64,000 nucleotides of DNA from an archaeon (GTDB taxonomy: Archaea; Nanobdellota; Nanobdellia; Pacearchaeales; GW2011-AR1). Position numbers and translations under genes: made by a program. A model generated the notes under the pieces. It worked only from the letters and a program-made list of their open reading frames with translations. It did no database searches and was not told the DNA's origin. Location of the stretch: assembly GCA_043815245.1 (NCBI GenBank), contig JBDRJD010000034.1, forward strand, positions 1,507-65,506, given 5' to 3'. Shown one piece after another: positions 1-10,197 of the stretch. Within the stretch, counting starts at the first letter, position 1; every line of letters begins with the position of its first letter.

Positions 1-1
1 T

Positions 2-1450
2 ATAGATAAGATAAGTATCGGTTGTCAAGAAAAAGTAATTTCAAAAACTTTTTTTACAAATAATGTAGAGAAAATCCAAAATATTTTAGACGACCAAAAG
101 ACTATTGATAAAATTTGTATAAATTTAGGGGTTAGTATTGAAATTTCAAAGGAAAAAATAGTTCCAAAACTCAAGAAAAAAGAAGAAGATACAGAGGAAG
201 TGGTAGCTAAAAATCTTAAAATAATCTCTTGCCCAGCGCCAAATATTAAGAAATTGAAAGTTGAAGACTTTGTAAAGTATTTTAGGGTTAGGTTTACTGA
301 ACTAAAAGAGATTCTTCAGACCAGGCCAGAATTGGAAAATTTGACTTCTATAAATAAGATTAGTGGAGACAGACAAGGAGTTTCTATTATTGGGATGGTA
401 TCCACCAAAAGGGTTACAAAAAATAAAAATATCCTTCTGACTTTGGAAGACCTGACAGGAAAAATCTCTGTTTTAATTAATAACAATAAACCTGTTTATG
501 AGAAAGCAAAAAATATCCTTTTAGATGATATTATAGGGGTGAAGGGGAGTGGGAGTAAAGAGATACTTTTTGCAAATGATATAATCTATCCTGATATAAT
601 TTTGCCTGAAAAAATCGGAATTGATAGAGATGAATATGCTGCTTTTATTGCAGATATACACCTTGGTAGCACTAATTTTTTGGAAGAGAATTTTTTGAAG
701 TTTATAAGCTGGTTGAATGGGGAGATGGGTGATGAAAAACAAAAATTGGAAGCTAAAAAAATTAAGTACTTATTTATAACCGGCGATAGTGTAGATGGTG
801 TTGGAGTTTTCCCTGGCCAGGAGGAATTGCTAAGTATTAAAGATGTTAAGGAACAGTATGATCAGCTAGCTTATTATTTTAGCAAGATTAGAAAAGATGT
901 TACTATTATCATGGCTCCAGGACAACATGATGCGGTGAGGGTAGCTGAACCTCAACCAATTTTAGATAGAAAGTACGCTGAAGCAATTTATACCTTAGAT
1001 AATGTCGTCTTAGTAACAAATCCAAGCATGGTTGAGATTACTAATAATGGTAAGAGGGGGCTGAGAGTTTTAATGTATCATGGAGCTAGCATGCACCATT
1101 TCATTACTGAGATCGACTACTTAAGACTTAATAAGGGACATGATACCCCCGCGAAGGTTGTGAAGGAAATGCTAGTTAGGCGACATCTAGCGCCAATTCA
1201 CTCTTCTGTGACTTATATCCCTAATGACAAGCAGGATTTTTTAGCAATAAGGGAAGTGCCAGATGTTATCACTACAGCTGATCTTCACAGAACTGATATT
1301 GATACTTATAACAATATCCTGATTATTTGTAGTTCGTGTTGGCAGTCTATGACTCCTTTTGAAGAAAAAGTGGGAAATAATCCAGATCCGTGTAAGGTTC
1401 CTGTTTTGAATTTAAAGACCAGGGCGATTAAAATTTTAGATTTTTCATAG
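2..1450 (+). CDS. DNA polymerase II (PolD) small subunit DP1; 5-prime end cut by the window edge
   Basis: Frame 2 is open from nt 2 with no stop before the GTG at 200, so the gene starts upstream of the window. Calcineurin-like phosphoesterase motifs FIADIHLGS, ITGDSVDGVG, APGQHD, YHGAS. Sits directly upstream of DP2. Confidence 0.9.
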   Translation: MDKISIGCQEKVISKTFFTNNVEKIQNILDDQKTIDKICINLGVSIEISKEKIVPKLKKKEEDTEEVVAKNLKIISCPAPNIKKLKVEDFVKYFRVRFTELKEILQTRPELENLTSINKISGDRQGVSIIGMVSTKRVTKNKNILLTLEDLTGKISVLINNNKPVYEKAKNILLDDIIGVKGSGSKEILFANDIIYPDIILPEKIGIDRDEYAAFIADIHLGSTNFLEENFLKFISWLNGEMGDEKQKLEAKKIKYLFITGDSVDGVGVFPGQEELLSIKDVKEQYDQLAYYFSKIRKDVTIIMAPGQHDAVRVAEPQPILDRKYAEAIYTLDNVVLVTNPSMVEITNNGKRGLRVLMYHGASMHHFITEIDYLRLNKGHDTPAKVVKEMLVRRHLAPIHSSVTYIPNDKQDFLAIREVPDVITTADLHRTDIDTYNNILIICSSCWQSMTPFEEKVGNNPDPCKVPVLNLKTRAIKILDFS

Positions 1451-1457
1451 TTTCAAA

Positions 1458-4400
1458 ATGGCAATCCACACATATTTTAAAGAGTTAGAAGATAAAGTCA
1501 AAGTCGCGTATAGTGTTGCTGAAGAGGCCAGGAAAAAAGGATTGGATCCTAAAAGCAGGGTGGAAATACCTTTAGCAAAGAGTATGGCAGAGAGAGTTGT
1601 AGGTTTAATTTCTACAGTTTATCCTCAATTGTCGGATAAGGTTTCTAAAAGAATTAGTGAGTTAGAAAAAGAGCATGGTAAACTTGATCCTGCTGTAAGT
1701 TTGCATATTGCTGAAGAGGTTGCAAAAGAGAGATTTTGCAAATTTAAAGATTTACATGAAGCAATTGATGCCGGAATAAGGGTGGGCATAGCGTATATGA
1801 CTATGGGGGTGGTAAGCAGTCCAATTGAAGGGTATACTGAGTTAAAGATAATGAAAACAAAAGATGGAAAAGATTATTTTTGCGCGTACTACTCTGGGCC
1901 AATTAGAAGTGCAAGTGGCACTATGGCTGCGTTTTCTTTAGTCATTATAGATTATTTAAGGGAGATTTTTGGTTTTGAAAAATATGATCCCACAGAAGTG
2001 GAGATTAAAAGAGTAGTTACAGAGTTGTATGATTATCATGAAAGGGTTACTAACTTGCAATATCTCCCTGTTGAGAAGGAAGTGGAATCAATGGCAAGAG
2101 GTCTTCCCATCCAAATTGCCGGGGATCCAAGTGTTGAAAGAGAGGTGAGTAATTATAAGGATTTGGAGAGAGTGGATACTAATATGATCAGGAGTGGATT
2201 TTGCCTGGTTTTAGGAGAGGGGATATTGCAAAAAGCACCGAAGGTGCTTGCGATTGTTGATGGGCTTAGAAAGAAAGGTTTTAAGCTTGCTGGCTGGGAC
2301 TTTTTAAAAGAGTTCTGCGTTTTGCAAAAGAAATTAAGGGATGTTAAATCAGATCGTAAAGCTGCTGCAGTTTATATTCAAGACTTAGTTGCAGGGAGAC
2401 CTGTTTTTGGACATCCCTCTAGATCTGGTAGCTTTAGATTAAGGTATGGGCGGACAAGGGTGACCGGATATTCAGCTTTAGCAATACATCCTGCTACGAT
2501 GCATATTTTAAATAAGTTTATTGCAACTGGTACGCAACTTAAAACTGAAAGGCCCACTAAAGGTGCTGCTATGGGGGGATGTAGCACCATAGATGGTCCG
2601 ATTGTAAGGCTACAGGATGGAAGCGTTAAGAAAATTCAGTCTATGGAGCGAGTTGAAAAGTATGGAAAACTTGTAAAAGAAATAATTTATGCAGGAGACA
2701 TTCTTATTCCTTATGGAGATTTCCTAAATCGTAATCATGTTTTGATGCCCCCAGGTTATGTGGAGCAGCGATGGTTTTTGGAGCTGAAAAAAGCCGTGAA
2801 AGAGCAGGGGGGGAATATTGAAATCGAGGATATTTATAATGTTGATTTTGAAAAAGCTGTGGAATTAAGTGAGAAGTATAAAATCCCCTTGTATCCTAAA
2901 TTTATTTATTATTGGAGCCAGGTAAGCTATGAATCTTTTTTGGATTTTTTAGATTGGCTGAGCCATGGTATGATTAATAAGAAAATTCTTCTTCCGTATA
3001 ATAAGTCAGAGCAGGAGAGATTTAGAAAGGGAAAACGCGCATTGGAGATAATTGGAATTGAGCATGATGTTGCAACTGAAAACGTGGTTTTAGGCAAGGA
3101 AGATAGTAAGGTCTTGTTACTCACCTTGGGATTAGACCCCTCTTTAGTAGAAGAGGAAGGATTTTCCTTAGGAGATATGATTCAAGAGTATTGTAAGAAA
3201 ATCCAAAATCAAGAAGTCCTAGAAGTTATAAATCAATTTTCTAAGTTTGAAATAAGAGATAAGGCTGGCACTTTTATAGGTGCAAGAATGGGCCGGCCTG
3301 AAAAAGCTAAGCTAAGAAAGCTGGTTGGAAGTCCAAATGTTTTATTTCCTGTTGGTGAAGAAGGGGGGCGGTTGAGAAGTGTTCAGGAAGCGGTTTCTGT
3401 AGGGAGTATAAAAGCAGATTTTCCAATTTACTATTGTAAGGCGTGTGAGAAGGAAACCATTTATTATCTTTGTGAAGACTGTGGAAAAGAAACTGAAAAA
3501 ATGAATTATTGCAGAGAGTGTAAACAGAAGTTTGCTTCTTCAAAGTGCCCCCACCACGCTATAGGCCAGAGCTATATGGCAAGAAGGATTGATTCTAAGC
3601 ATTATTTTAATGCAGCTGTTAAGAAATTAAATATGCTTCCTGTAGAAACCCCTAAGTTAGTCAAAGGAGTTAGGGGAACTAGCAATCAAAATCATGTGCC
3701 TGAGAATCTTGCAAAGGGGTTGTTGAGGGCTTTTTTTAATTTGCAGGTGAATAAAGATGGAACTATTAGATTTGATGGAACTGAATTTCCGATTACCCAC
3801 TTTAAGCCTAAAGAGATAGGTACAAGTCTTGAAAAATTAAAAGAGCTAGGGTACAAGCGAGATGTTCATGGAAAAGAATTAGTTGATGAGGACCAGGTCT
3901 TGGAGATTATGCCCCATGATATTTTACTTCCTGCATGTCCTGAGAGCTTAGATGAGAAAGCAGACGATGTTTTTATTAAAATTGCTAGATTCATTGATTC
4001 ACTTTTAGTGAGGTTTTATGATCTAAAACCTTATTATAATATAAGGGGCCGGGAGGATTTAGTGGGCCACTTGGTTGCGTGTATTGCCCCCCATAATTGC
4101 GCAGGAGTTGTGGGGAGAATTTTAGGTTTTTCAAAAACTCAGACCTTCTTAGCTTCCCCTTATATTCATGCCGCTATGAGAAGAGATTGTGATGGCGATG
4201 AAGCTGCTATTATGCTCCTTTTAGATATGCTTATTAATTTTTCACGAGAGTTCTTGCCTGCACATAGGGGCGGTACTCAGGATTCTCCCTTAGTTTTAAA
4301 CTCTAAGATTAGTGCTGGAGAGGTGGATGATATGATTTTTGATATAGATATAGAGAGAGAGCTTCCCTTGGAATTATATGAGGCTGCAGACCAATCCTTA

Positions 4401-4931
4401 CATCCTTCTAAGGTAAAGATAGAGCAGATAAGAAGTAGGCTGGGAAAAGATGAGTTCAATAATTTATGGTACGATTATGAGACTGATGATATTAATGATG
4501 GGGTACTATGCTCTGATTATAAGAAGCTGGCTACGATGGCTGAGAAAGTTGCTAGTCAGATGGATATTGCTGAAAAACTGAGGGCGGTTGATACCGCGGA
4601 TGTTGCGAGGTTAATTATTGAAAGGCATTTTATCAGGGATATTAGAGGAAATCTGAGGAAGTTTTCTCAGCAGGTATTTAGGTGTAGCACTTGTAATGAA
4701 AAGTTTCGTAGGCCTCCTTTAAATGGTAAGTGTTCAAATTGTAATGGGAAAATTATTTTCACAATTTCTGAAGGAAGTATTGTTAAATATTTAGAACCTG
4801 CAATAAGTTTGAGTGAGAATTATGCGGTTCCGCCGTATGTTAAACAGAGCTTAGAGTTGGCGAAAAGTTATATCGAGAGTATTTTTGGCAGGGATACTGA
4901 AAAACAGGAAGCTCTTGGCAAGTGGCTGTAA
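1458..4931 (+). CDS. DNA polymerase II (PolD) large catalytic subunit DP2, no intein
   Basis: 1157-aa ORF 8 nt after DP1. Zinc-cluster regions CKACEKE..CEDCGKE..CRECKQ..CPHH and CSTCNEKF..CSNCNGK. Length and layout are typical of archaeal DP2. Confidence 0.92.
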   Translation: MAIHTYFKELEDKVKVAYSVAEEARKKGLDPKSRVEIPLAKSMAERVVGLISTVYPQLSDKVSKRISELEKEHGKLDPAVSLHIAEEVAKERFCKFKDLHEAIDAGIRVGIAYMTMGVVSSPIEGYTELKIMKTKDGKDYFCAYYSGPIRSASGTMAAFSLVIIDYLREIFGFEKYDPTEVEIKRVVTELYDYHERVTNLQYLPVEKEVESMARGLPIQIAGDPSVEREVSNYKDLERVDTNMIRSGFCLVLGEGILQKAPKVLAIVDGLRKKGFKLAGWDFLKEFCVLQKKLRDVKSDRKAAAVYIQDLVAGRPVFGHPSRSGSFRLRYGRTRVTGYSALAIHPATMHILNKFIATGTQLKTERPTKGAAMGGCSTIDGPIVRLQDGSVKKIQSMERVEKYGKLVKEIIYAGDILIPYGDFLNRNHVLMPPGYVEQRWFLELKKAVKEQGGNIEIEDIYNVDFEKAVELSEKYKIPLYPKFIYYWSQVSYESFLDFLDWLSHGMINKKILLPYNKSEQERFRKGKRALEIIGIEHDVATENVVLGKEDSKVLLLTLGLDPSLVEEEGFSLGDMIQEYCKKIQNQEVLEVINQFSKFEIRDKAGTFIGARMGRPEKAKLRKLVGSPNVLFPVGEEGGRLRSVQEAVSVGSIKADFPIYYCKACEKETIYYLCEDCGKETEKMNYCRECKQKFASSKCPHHAIGQSYMARRIDSKHYFNAAVKKLNMLPVETPKLVKGVRGTSNQNHVPENLAKGLLRAFFNLQVNKDGTIRFDGTEFPITHFKPKEIGTSLEKLKELGYKRDVHGKELVDEDQVLEIMPHDILLPACPESLDEKADDVFIKIARFIDSLLVRFYDLKPYYNIRGREDLVGHLVACIAPHNCAGVVGRILGFSKTQTFLASPYIHAAMRRDCDGDEAAIMLLLDMLINFSREFLPAHRGGTQDSPLVLNSKISAGEVDDMIFDIDIERELPLELYEAADQSLHPSKVKIEQIRSRLGKDEFNNLWYDYETDDINDGVLCSDYKKLATMAEKVASQMDIAEKLRAVDTADVARLIIERHFIRDIRGNLRKFSQQVFRCSTCNEKFRRPPLNGKCSNCNGKIIFTISEGSIVKYLEPAISLSENYAVPPYVKQSLELAKSYIESIFGRDTEKQEALGKWL

Positions 4932-4963
4932 AGGTTTTTAATTGGTTTTTTCTTTAATAGAAT

Positions 4964-5224
4964 ATGACTTTATTATCTATACTTGCAACTGTTTTTGGAG
5001 TTATTAATGGATTTGCTAATTTTCCACAAATTTATAAAATTTTTAAAAGAAAGAGCTCAAAAGATATAGCGGTATCTACTTATCTAATTTTAAGTATTGG
5101 GAGCATTGTGTGGATTTTTTATGGTGCTGAAATCAAAAGCATCCCTGTATTGGTGATGAATGGACTTGCATTAGTAGAATTTGTATTCATTTTAATTGGA
5201 TGTTATTTGTATGGGAGAAAATAG
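4964..5224 (+). CDS. SemiSWEET / PQ-loop 3-TM sugar transporter
   Basis: 86 aa with three hydrophobic helices. PQ motif in helix 1 (FANFPQIYKIFKRKSSKDIAVSTYL). Confidence 0.7.
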   Translation: MTLLSILATVFGVINGFANFPQIYKIFKRKSSKDIAVSTYLILSIGSIVWIFYGAEIKSIPVLVMNGLALVEFVFILIGCYLYGRK

Positions 5225-5335
5225 TAAATTTAGCACCTGTCCACGAGCAAGGTAAATTATTCAGTATTTATATACTTTTAAAGCTTCTGGTTTGAGGTAG
5301 CTTAGGTTTAAAAAGCACTTTTTTCTTCAATAAAG

Positions 5336-5647
5336 ATGAGATTTTGTCCAAACTGTGAGAATATTCTGCATCCTGATGAGGGAAGGTTAGTTTGTCGTAA
5401 TTGTAATTTTTATGTGGAGGGGATATTGGAAAGCAGTGAGAAGATGAAAGAAAAAGAGAAAATAGGCGTAGGGGTTGTTGATGGGATTAATATATTTGCG
5501 GATTATGATTTTGAATGTATGAAGTGTGGATTTAATAAAGCGCAAGTAATTGAGAGAGGGCCCGAGTTTTCTGATGAGGATTCAATTACTATGCTTAAGT
5601 GTGGAAAATGTGGGAATGTTAAGGACTTGACTAGGAAGAAACATTAA
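5336..5647 (+). CDS. tfs: Transcription elongation/cleavage factor TFS (RpoM-like)
   Basis: 103 aa. N-terminal zinc ribbon CPNC..CRNC and C-terminal zinc ribbon CMKCG..CGKCG with an acidic loop (SDEDS). Confidence 0.8.
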   Translation: MRFCPNCENILHPDEGRLVCRNCNFYVEGILESSEKMKEKEKIGVGVVDGINIFADYDFECMKCGFNKAQVIERGPEFSDEDSITMLKCGKCGNVKDLTRKKH

Positions 5648-5700
5648 TATATATCTTCTAGTATAGTGGAATTTAAAAAGCAGGTCTTGCTTGGATTTTT

Positions 5701-7290
5701 ATGCCAGCTGATATGGATTTGAGGTGTGAGTGTGGCGTTGGAGGGATTTATTTAAAAAAGGGGTTTAATCCCCGGGAACTGCCTGATTTAAACCGTATGA
5801 TGCTAGTTGCTCTCCAGCATAGGGGGCAGTTAAGTGCGGGATTTACGATTTATGATCCTGAGTATTCTGGAAGACTTAAAATCAGAAAAGAGATTGGTAG
5901 GGTTGGAGATTTGTTTAAGATTCATGTTAAGGAAAGAAATAGGGGGATTGTTAGGAATTCTGAAGGCGTTGCTTCTCTTAATCATGTAAGATATGCCACT
6001 AGTGGTGCTGATGAAAGGAGTTACGAAGAGTTAATGGAAGAGGCGCTTCCGCTTTTAAGGGATCATCCTAATCCTTGGAAGAAATTTTCAATTGTTTATA
6101 ATGGAACACTAGCGAATCAAGATGCCTTGTTGAAGGAGATTAAACAGAGGTATCTTTTTCATCCTGAAGTTGATACTGCAGTTATTAGGGAGTCAATTTC
6201 AAGAGGGCTAAACCAGCTTTCTAATCCTTCTGGAGAAAAGCCGGATTTTTTCAATGTGAGCAGGGGTGTAATGGAGAGATTAGATGGGGGGTATGCGGTA
6301 GGTTTGTTGTTTGCAGATGGGGATATGGCTGTTTGGAGAGATCCTCTTGGAATAAGACCGATGGTTTATGGCGAGAATAAGGATTATTTTGCTTTTGCTT
6401 CTGAAAGCAGTGTATTAAGAAAGATTGGAATTTCCCGAGATGAAATTTTTTCTGTTGAACCTGGTAGTTGTTTATTATATAATGGGGAAGGCCTTCAAGC
6501 AAAACAACTTTTTCCTGAAAATTCAAAAAGAGCTTTATGTCATTTTGAACTTGTTTATTTTGCTAAAGCAAGATCGATTATAGACGGGATTTCTGTTAAT
6601 TCTGTGAGGGAGAATTTAGGGGGGTATTTGGCAGATAATGAACCTTTACTGGATAAAATAAGGGAGGCTCCAGATGACTGGATTGTGGTTCCTGTGCCGA
6701 GAACCTCTATACCTGCGACTGAAGAGTATGCTTTTAAGAGGGGTATAAGGTTTAAGGAGGCAATAGAAGTTGATGAGGTTTTAAGGGGTTTTATCAATAG
6801 AGCTAAGGATAGAGAGATGATTATGGGAGATAAGTATGATGCTATTGAGGAAAGAGTTCGGGGCAAGCATGTGATCGTTATAGATGATAGTTTAGTGAGG
6901 GGATCAACTAGCAGAAAAATTGTTAGGATGATCAGGGGTGCTGGAGCCTTATCTCTTCATATGAGGTCTACTGAGCCGCCAATTACTTCACCTTGCTTTT
7001 ATGGGATTGATACTCCTACTTATGATGAGCTTTTAGCTGCAAATTTTGCAATTAAGAGGGGGGTGGATTTAAACGAGGTGTCTAAGAGATTCGAGAAGGA
7101 TGCTGCTTTTAAACGAGATTTGGAAGCGTATGTTGCTGAGGCAATTGGGGCAGACAGCATGGGTTATCCCACTGTTAGCGGTTTAGTTAAAGCAATTGGA
7201 TGGAGGGAAGAGGATTTATGCTTAGCTTGTGTGACCAATAATTATCCTACTGTGGCGGGTCAGAAAAATGCTTCCTTACTGCTGGCATGA
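5701..7290 (+). CDS. purF: Amidophosphoribosyltransferase (class II glutamine amidotransferase + PRTase)
   Basis: Short propeptide then the nucleophile Cys (RCE-CGVGGIY). PRPP-binding loop VIVIDDSLVRGSTS. C-terminal CLACVTNNYP resembles the Fe-S ligand region of B. subtilis-type PurF. Confidence 0.8.
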   Translation: MPADMDLRCECGVGGIYLKKGFNPRELPDLNRMMLVALQHRGQLSAGFTIYDPEYSGRLKIRKEIGRVGDLFKIHVKERNRGIVRNSEGVASLNHVRYATSGADERSYEELMEEALPLLRDHPNPWKKFSIVYNGTLANQDALLKEIKQRYLFHPEVDTAVIRESISRGLNQLSNPSGEKPDFFNVSRGVMERLDGGYAVGLLFADGDMAVWRDPLGIRPMVYGENKDYFAFASESSVLRKIGISRDEIFSVEPGSCLLYNGEGLQAKQLFPENSKRALCHFELVYFAKARSIIDGISVNSVRENLGGYLADNEPLLDKIREAPDDWIVVPVPRTSIPATEEYAFKRGIRFKEAIEVDEVLRGFINRAKDREMIMGDKYDAIEERVRGKHVIVIDDSLVRGSTSRKIVRMIRGAGALSLHMRSTEPPITSPCFYGIDTPTYDELLAANFAIKRGVDLNEVSKRFEKDAAFKRDLEAYVAEAIGADSMGYPTVSGLVKAIGWREEDLCLACVTNNYPTVAGQKNASLLLA

Positions 7291-7355
7291 GAAGCTTATT
7301 TTTTGAATAGGAAGATTTTTAAGTTTGGTTGAAGATATTGTTTAAAGAGGTCAGA

Positions 7356-7820
7356 ATGAAAAAAGAGGAATATATTGTTTTAGGAATTGCGGTTGTTGCT
7401 TTGCTTTTAGCTATTTACGGGGTGTATACTGGGTCCCAAGTCCACAAAGAATTAGAAAACTTTAATACAAATTTAGACAATTTTAAGAAAGAGATACTTG
7501 CTGAAACTGACAATTTAAACACCGAAGTGAGTGACTTAAAGAACTTTGGAGGAATTTCTCAGAAATGTGAGGTTGATTTGAAGGAGTGCCCTGATAAGTG
7601 GCCTGCTTTTGAAGAGCGGGGATTTTCTAAACAGATTTACTCTGGAAACCTTAAGGTAGTAAGGCCAAGCAGAAATGAGTATCCTGGAGCACAGTTTTGT
7701 TGTAATATCTTAGCTGATGGAAATCATGAAGAGGTGTGCTTTGCAATCTGGCAAAAGCCTGATTGTGTTAAAATTTTGATTTACGGGGACAAATATGATG
7801 AAAGTAACTGGTTAACTTAA
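7356..7820 (+). CDS. Hypothetical N-terminally anchored, Cys-containing extracytoplasmic protein
   Basis: ATG at 7356 is preceded by aaagaggtcaga (GAGG); the ORF track start at 7329 is a TTG. One N-terminal TM helix (YIVLGIAVVALLLAIYGVY). I recognised no family. Confidence 0.5.
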   Translation: MKKEEYIVLGIAVVALLLAIYGVYTGSQVHKELENFNTNLDNFKKEILAETDNLNTEVSDLKNFGGISQKCEVDLKECPDKWPAFEERGFSKQIYSGNLKVVRPSRNEYPGAQFCCNILADGNHEEVCFAIWQKPDCVKILIYGDKYDESNWLT

Positions 7821-7839
7821 TGCTCTTGATTTAAGGTAT

Positions 7840-8913
7840 ATGATAGACCAAGCATATGAAAAGGCAAAAGAGGTAATTAGGAATTGTAGTACTAAGCAGG
7901 GGTTATTTGCATCTGGAGGTAAGGATGGTTATCGGGGGGTGTGGGCGAGGGATAGTATGATTTCTATGCTGGGTGCTTCACTGGATAAAGAGTTTCAGGA
8001 AGTGTTTAAGAAAAGCTTGATTACACTAAAAAATACTCAGAGCAAAAAGGGCCAGATACCTAATGCGGTACTGAATGGGAAGGTAGACTATAAGTCTATT
8101 GATTCTTCGATGTGGTTTATTATTGGAGAGTATGTTTATAAAAAAAGGTTTGGGAGCAAGTTGTTTAGGGAACATAAAGAATCAATTGGAAAGGCTCTTG
8201 TCTGGCTTTCTTATCAAGACGTGGGGGAAGATGAAATGTTGGAACAGCTACCTACTACAGATTGGCAAGATGCTTTCCCGCATAGATATGGGCATACAAT
8301 TAATACTCAGGCATTATACTATAAAGTCTTAAAGCTATCTGGTAAAAAAAGAGCGGCAAGGAATCTAAGAAAAAAAGTTAGTAAAGATAAAGAGGATAAA
8401 TTGTGGGCAGAGCACTATTATCTGCCTTGGAGATGGAAAAATCATGGAATGTACAAGGAAATGGGGGACTGGTTCGATTCACTTGGAAACTTGCTGGCAA
8501 TTGTTTTTGGTTTGGCAAATAGAAAACAAAGTAAAAAGATTTTAGCTTACATTGAAAAAAAGAAAATTAATTATCCTTATGCGATGAAAGCTATCTGGCC
8601 GCCAATTAAAAAAGGGAGTAAGGGCTGGCAAGATTATTTTCAGGATTGCAATGCAAAAAACCCGGACAATTATCTTAATGGGGGAATCTGGCTTTTTATT
8701 GGCGGGTTTTATGTTCTTGCCCTGATTAAACTTAAAAGGTTTAATGATGCTGAAAAAGAATTAGAGAAATTAGCAGAGGCTAATTTAAAAGGAAATTTTC
8801 CTGAGTGGATTCATCCAAAAACAAAGAAGAACTATGGAAAGCTGCAAGCGTGGAATGCGGGAATGTATCTTTTAGCTTATGAATCCTTGAAACGAAAAAA
8901 GGTCCTGATCTAG
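7840..8913 (+). CDS. Six-hairpin (alpha/alpha)6 glycoside hydrolase, GDE_C / amylo-alpha-1,6-glucosidase-like
   Basis: Motifs GVWARDSMISMLGA, TDWQD and PEWIHP..GKLQAWNAG are typical of GDE_C/neutral-invertase-like barrels. Confidence 0.6.
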   Translation: MIDQAYEKAKEVIRNCSTKQGLFASGGKDGYRGVWARDSMISMLGASLDKEFQEVFKKSLITLKNTQSKKGQIPNAVLNGKVDYKSIDSSMWFIIGEYVYKKRFGSKLFREHKESIGKALVWLSYQDVGEDEMLEQLPTTDWQDAFPHRYGHTINTQALYYKVLKLSGKKRAARNLRKKVSKDKEDKLWAEHYYLPWRWKNHGMYKEMGDWFDSLGNLLAIVFGLANRKQSKKILAYIEKKKINYPYAMKAIWPPIKKGSKGWQDYFQDCNAKNPDNYLNGGIWLFIGGFYVLALIKLKRFNDAEKELEKLAEANLKGNFPEWIHPKTKKNYGKLQAWNAGMYLLAYESLKRKKVLI

Positions 8914-9010
8914 GATGAAAGATTCCCCTTTCCAATCCCAGAACAATTTGAAGAACTTTAGGGGATAGATCCATAGCAAGGGTTAAAAATATTCAATTCT
9001 ACTTCATTAT

Positions 9011-10195
9011 ATGCATTTAAGAAAAAGAGGGTTTAGATTCAAGGCAATTGATAAATTGGGCATATCTTATTTAGTTTCACTACTTGGAATTTCTTCTGTT
9101 GGGGCAATATGGTCTATTTATCTTGATTCGTTTTTACATAGTGCGGCTTATGTTGGTTTTGCCACAACTTTATTTACTTTTATAAGTTTTTTATCATATT
9201 TTTGTTTAATTCCAATTCTTGAGAGATATAGCAAATCCAAATTATATTTTCTATCCTTATTTGTATTTTTTGTTTCTTATTTGATTTTTGCTTTTTATTC
9301 TAATTTTCCCCTAGTGATTATTCTAGGAGTGGTAATGGCTATTTTTGTGAGTTTGAGAATATCTGCTTTTGGAATAATTGTAAGAGATAAATCTAAAGAT
9401 GAGGAGGTTTCTAAAAATGAAGGGTGGATATATACTATTTTTAACTTTGGCTGGTTTATCGGACCTTTGTTTGCAGGATATATTGCAAGTATGTTCGGTT
9501 TTAAAACCGTGTTCTTATATTCTGCCGTTGCGATTTTTTTGACCCTGGTTTTTCTAAAATTATTTAAAATTAAAGATGATAGGAAGGAGAAGAGAATAGA
9601 CTATAATATTTTTAAAGTCAGTTTAGATTATTTTAGAAATAAAGAAAGAGTATTTGCTTATTTGACTGGAGGAGGCGTTAATTTTTGGTTAGCGTTAATT
9701 TATGTTTTTATCCCAGTTTATATTATTGAAAGCGGATTTAGCGATATTTGGGTGGGGATATTTTTGGCAGGAGTAGTCATACCCACTATTTTAACTGAAT
9801 ATTATTTTGGGAAGCTTGCTGGAAGGAAGGGTTTTAAGAAAATGTTTTTTATAGGGTATTTGATATTAAGTATTGCTGCCCTTTTGTGTTTCTTTTTTTC
9901 AAATGTTTATTATATAAGTCTTATTATTATTTTTTCTGGCTTTGGCGCTTCAATGATTGAACCTACAACCGAATCTTATTTCTTTGATGTAGTTAATAAA
10001 AAGCAAAGAGATAGATACTATGGACCATATAACACTTCGATTGATGTGGGGAACGGAATTGCTACTTTAGTTTCTGGAATAATCTTATTATTTTTACCCT
10101 TTAAGTTTATATTTTTGTTTTTTGGTGTGGTGATGTTGGGGATAGCTTTATATTCATTAAAAATTAAAGATATATATGAATTCAAAAGGAGGTGA
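9011..10195 (+). CDS. MFS-type transporter (about 12 TM)
   Basis: 394 aa, hydrophobic throughout, with a central charged loop (KIKDDRKEKRIDY) splitting two 6-TM halves. Confidence 0.6.
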   Translation: MHLRKRGFRFKAIDKLGISYLVSLLGISSVGAIWSIYLDSFLHSAAYVGFATTLFTFISFLSYFCLIPILERYSKSKLYFLSLFVFFVSYLIFAFYSNFPLVIILGVVMAIFVSLRISAFGIIVRDKSKDEEVSKNEGWIYTIFNFGWFIGPLFAGYIASMFGFKTVFLYSAVAIFLTLVFLKLFKIKDDRKEKRIDYNIFKVSLDYFRNKERVFAYLTGGGVNFWLALIYVFIPVYIIESGFSDIWVGIFLAGVVIPTILTEYYFGKLAGRKGFKKMFFIGYLILSIAALLCFFFSNVYYISLIIIFSGFGASMIEPTTESYFFDVVNKKQRDRYYGPYNTSIDVGNGIATLVSGIILLFLPFKFIFLFFGVVMLGIALYSLKIKDIYEFKRR

Positions 10196-10197
10196 GT

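Noticed and set aside
521-742. 73-aa minus-strand ORF inside the DP1 gene. The same applies to 2378..2590, 2927..3124, 3307..3543 and 4277..4459 inside DP2.
   Set aside because: All lie entirely antisense within long ORFs that carry clear family motifs. Their F/L/S/I-rich composition is what the reverse complement of K/E-rich coding sequence produces. No RBS or promoter context.
6251-6866. Two minus-strand ORFs (91 and 103 aa) inside purF.
   Set aside because: Antisense shadow ORFs within a well-supported gene.
8099-8332. 77-aa same-strand alternate-frame ORF inside the GDE-like gene. Similar cases are 10868..11113 inside GH130 and 39297..39512 inside the M16 peptidase.
   Set aside because: Out-of-frame overlaps within genes that have recognisable motifs, and no independent support.
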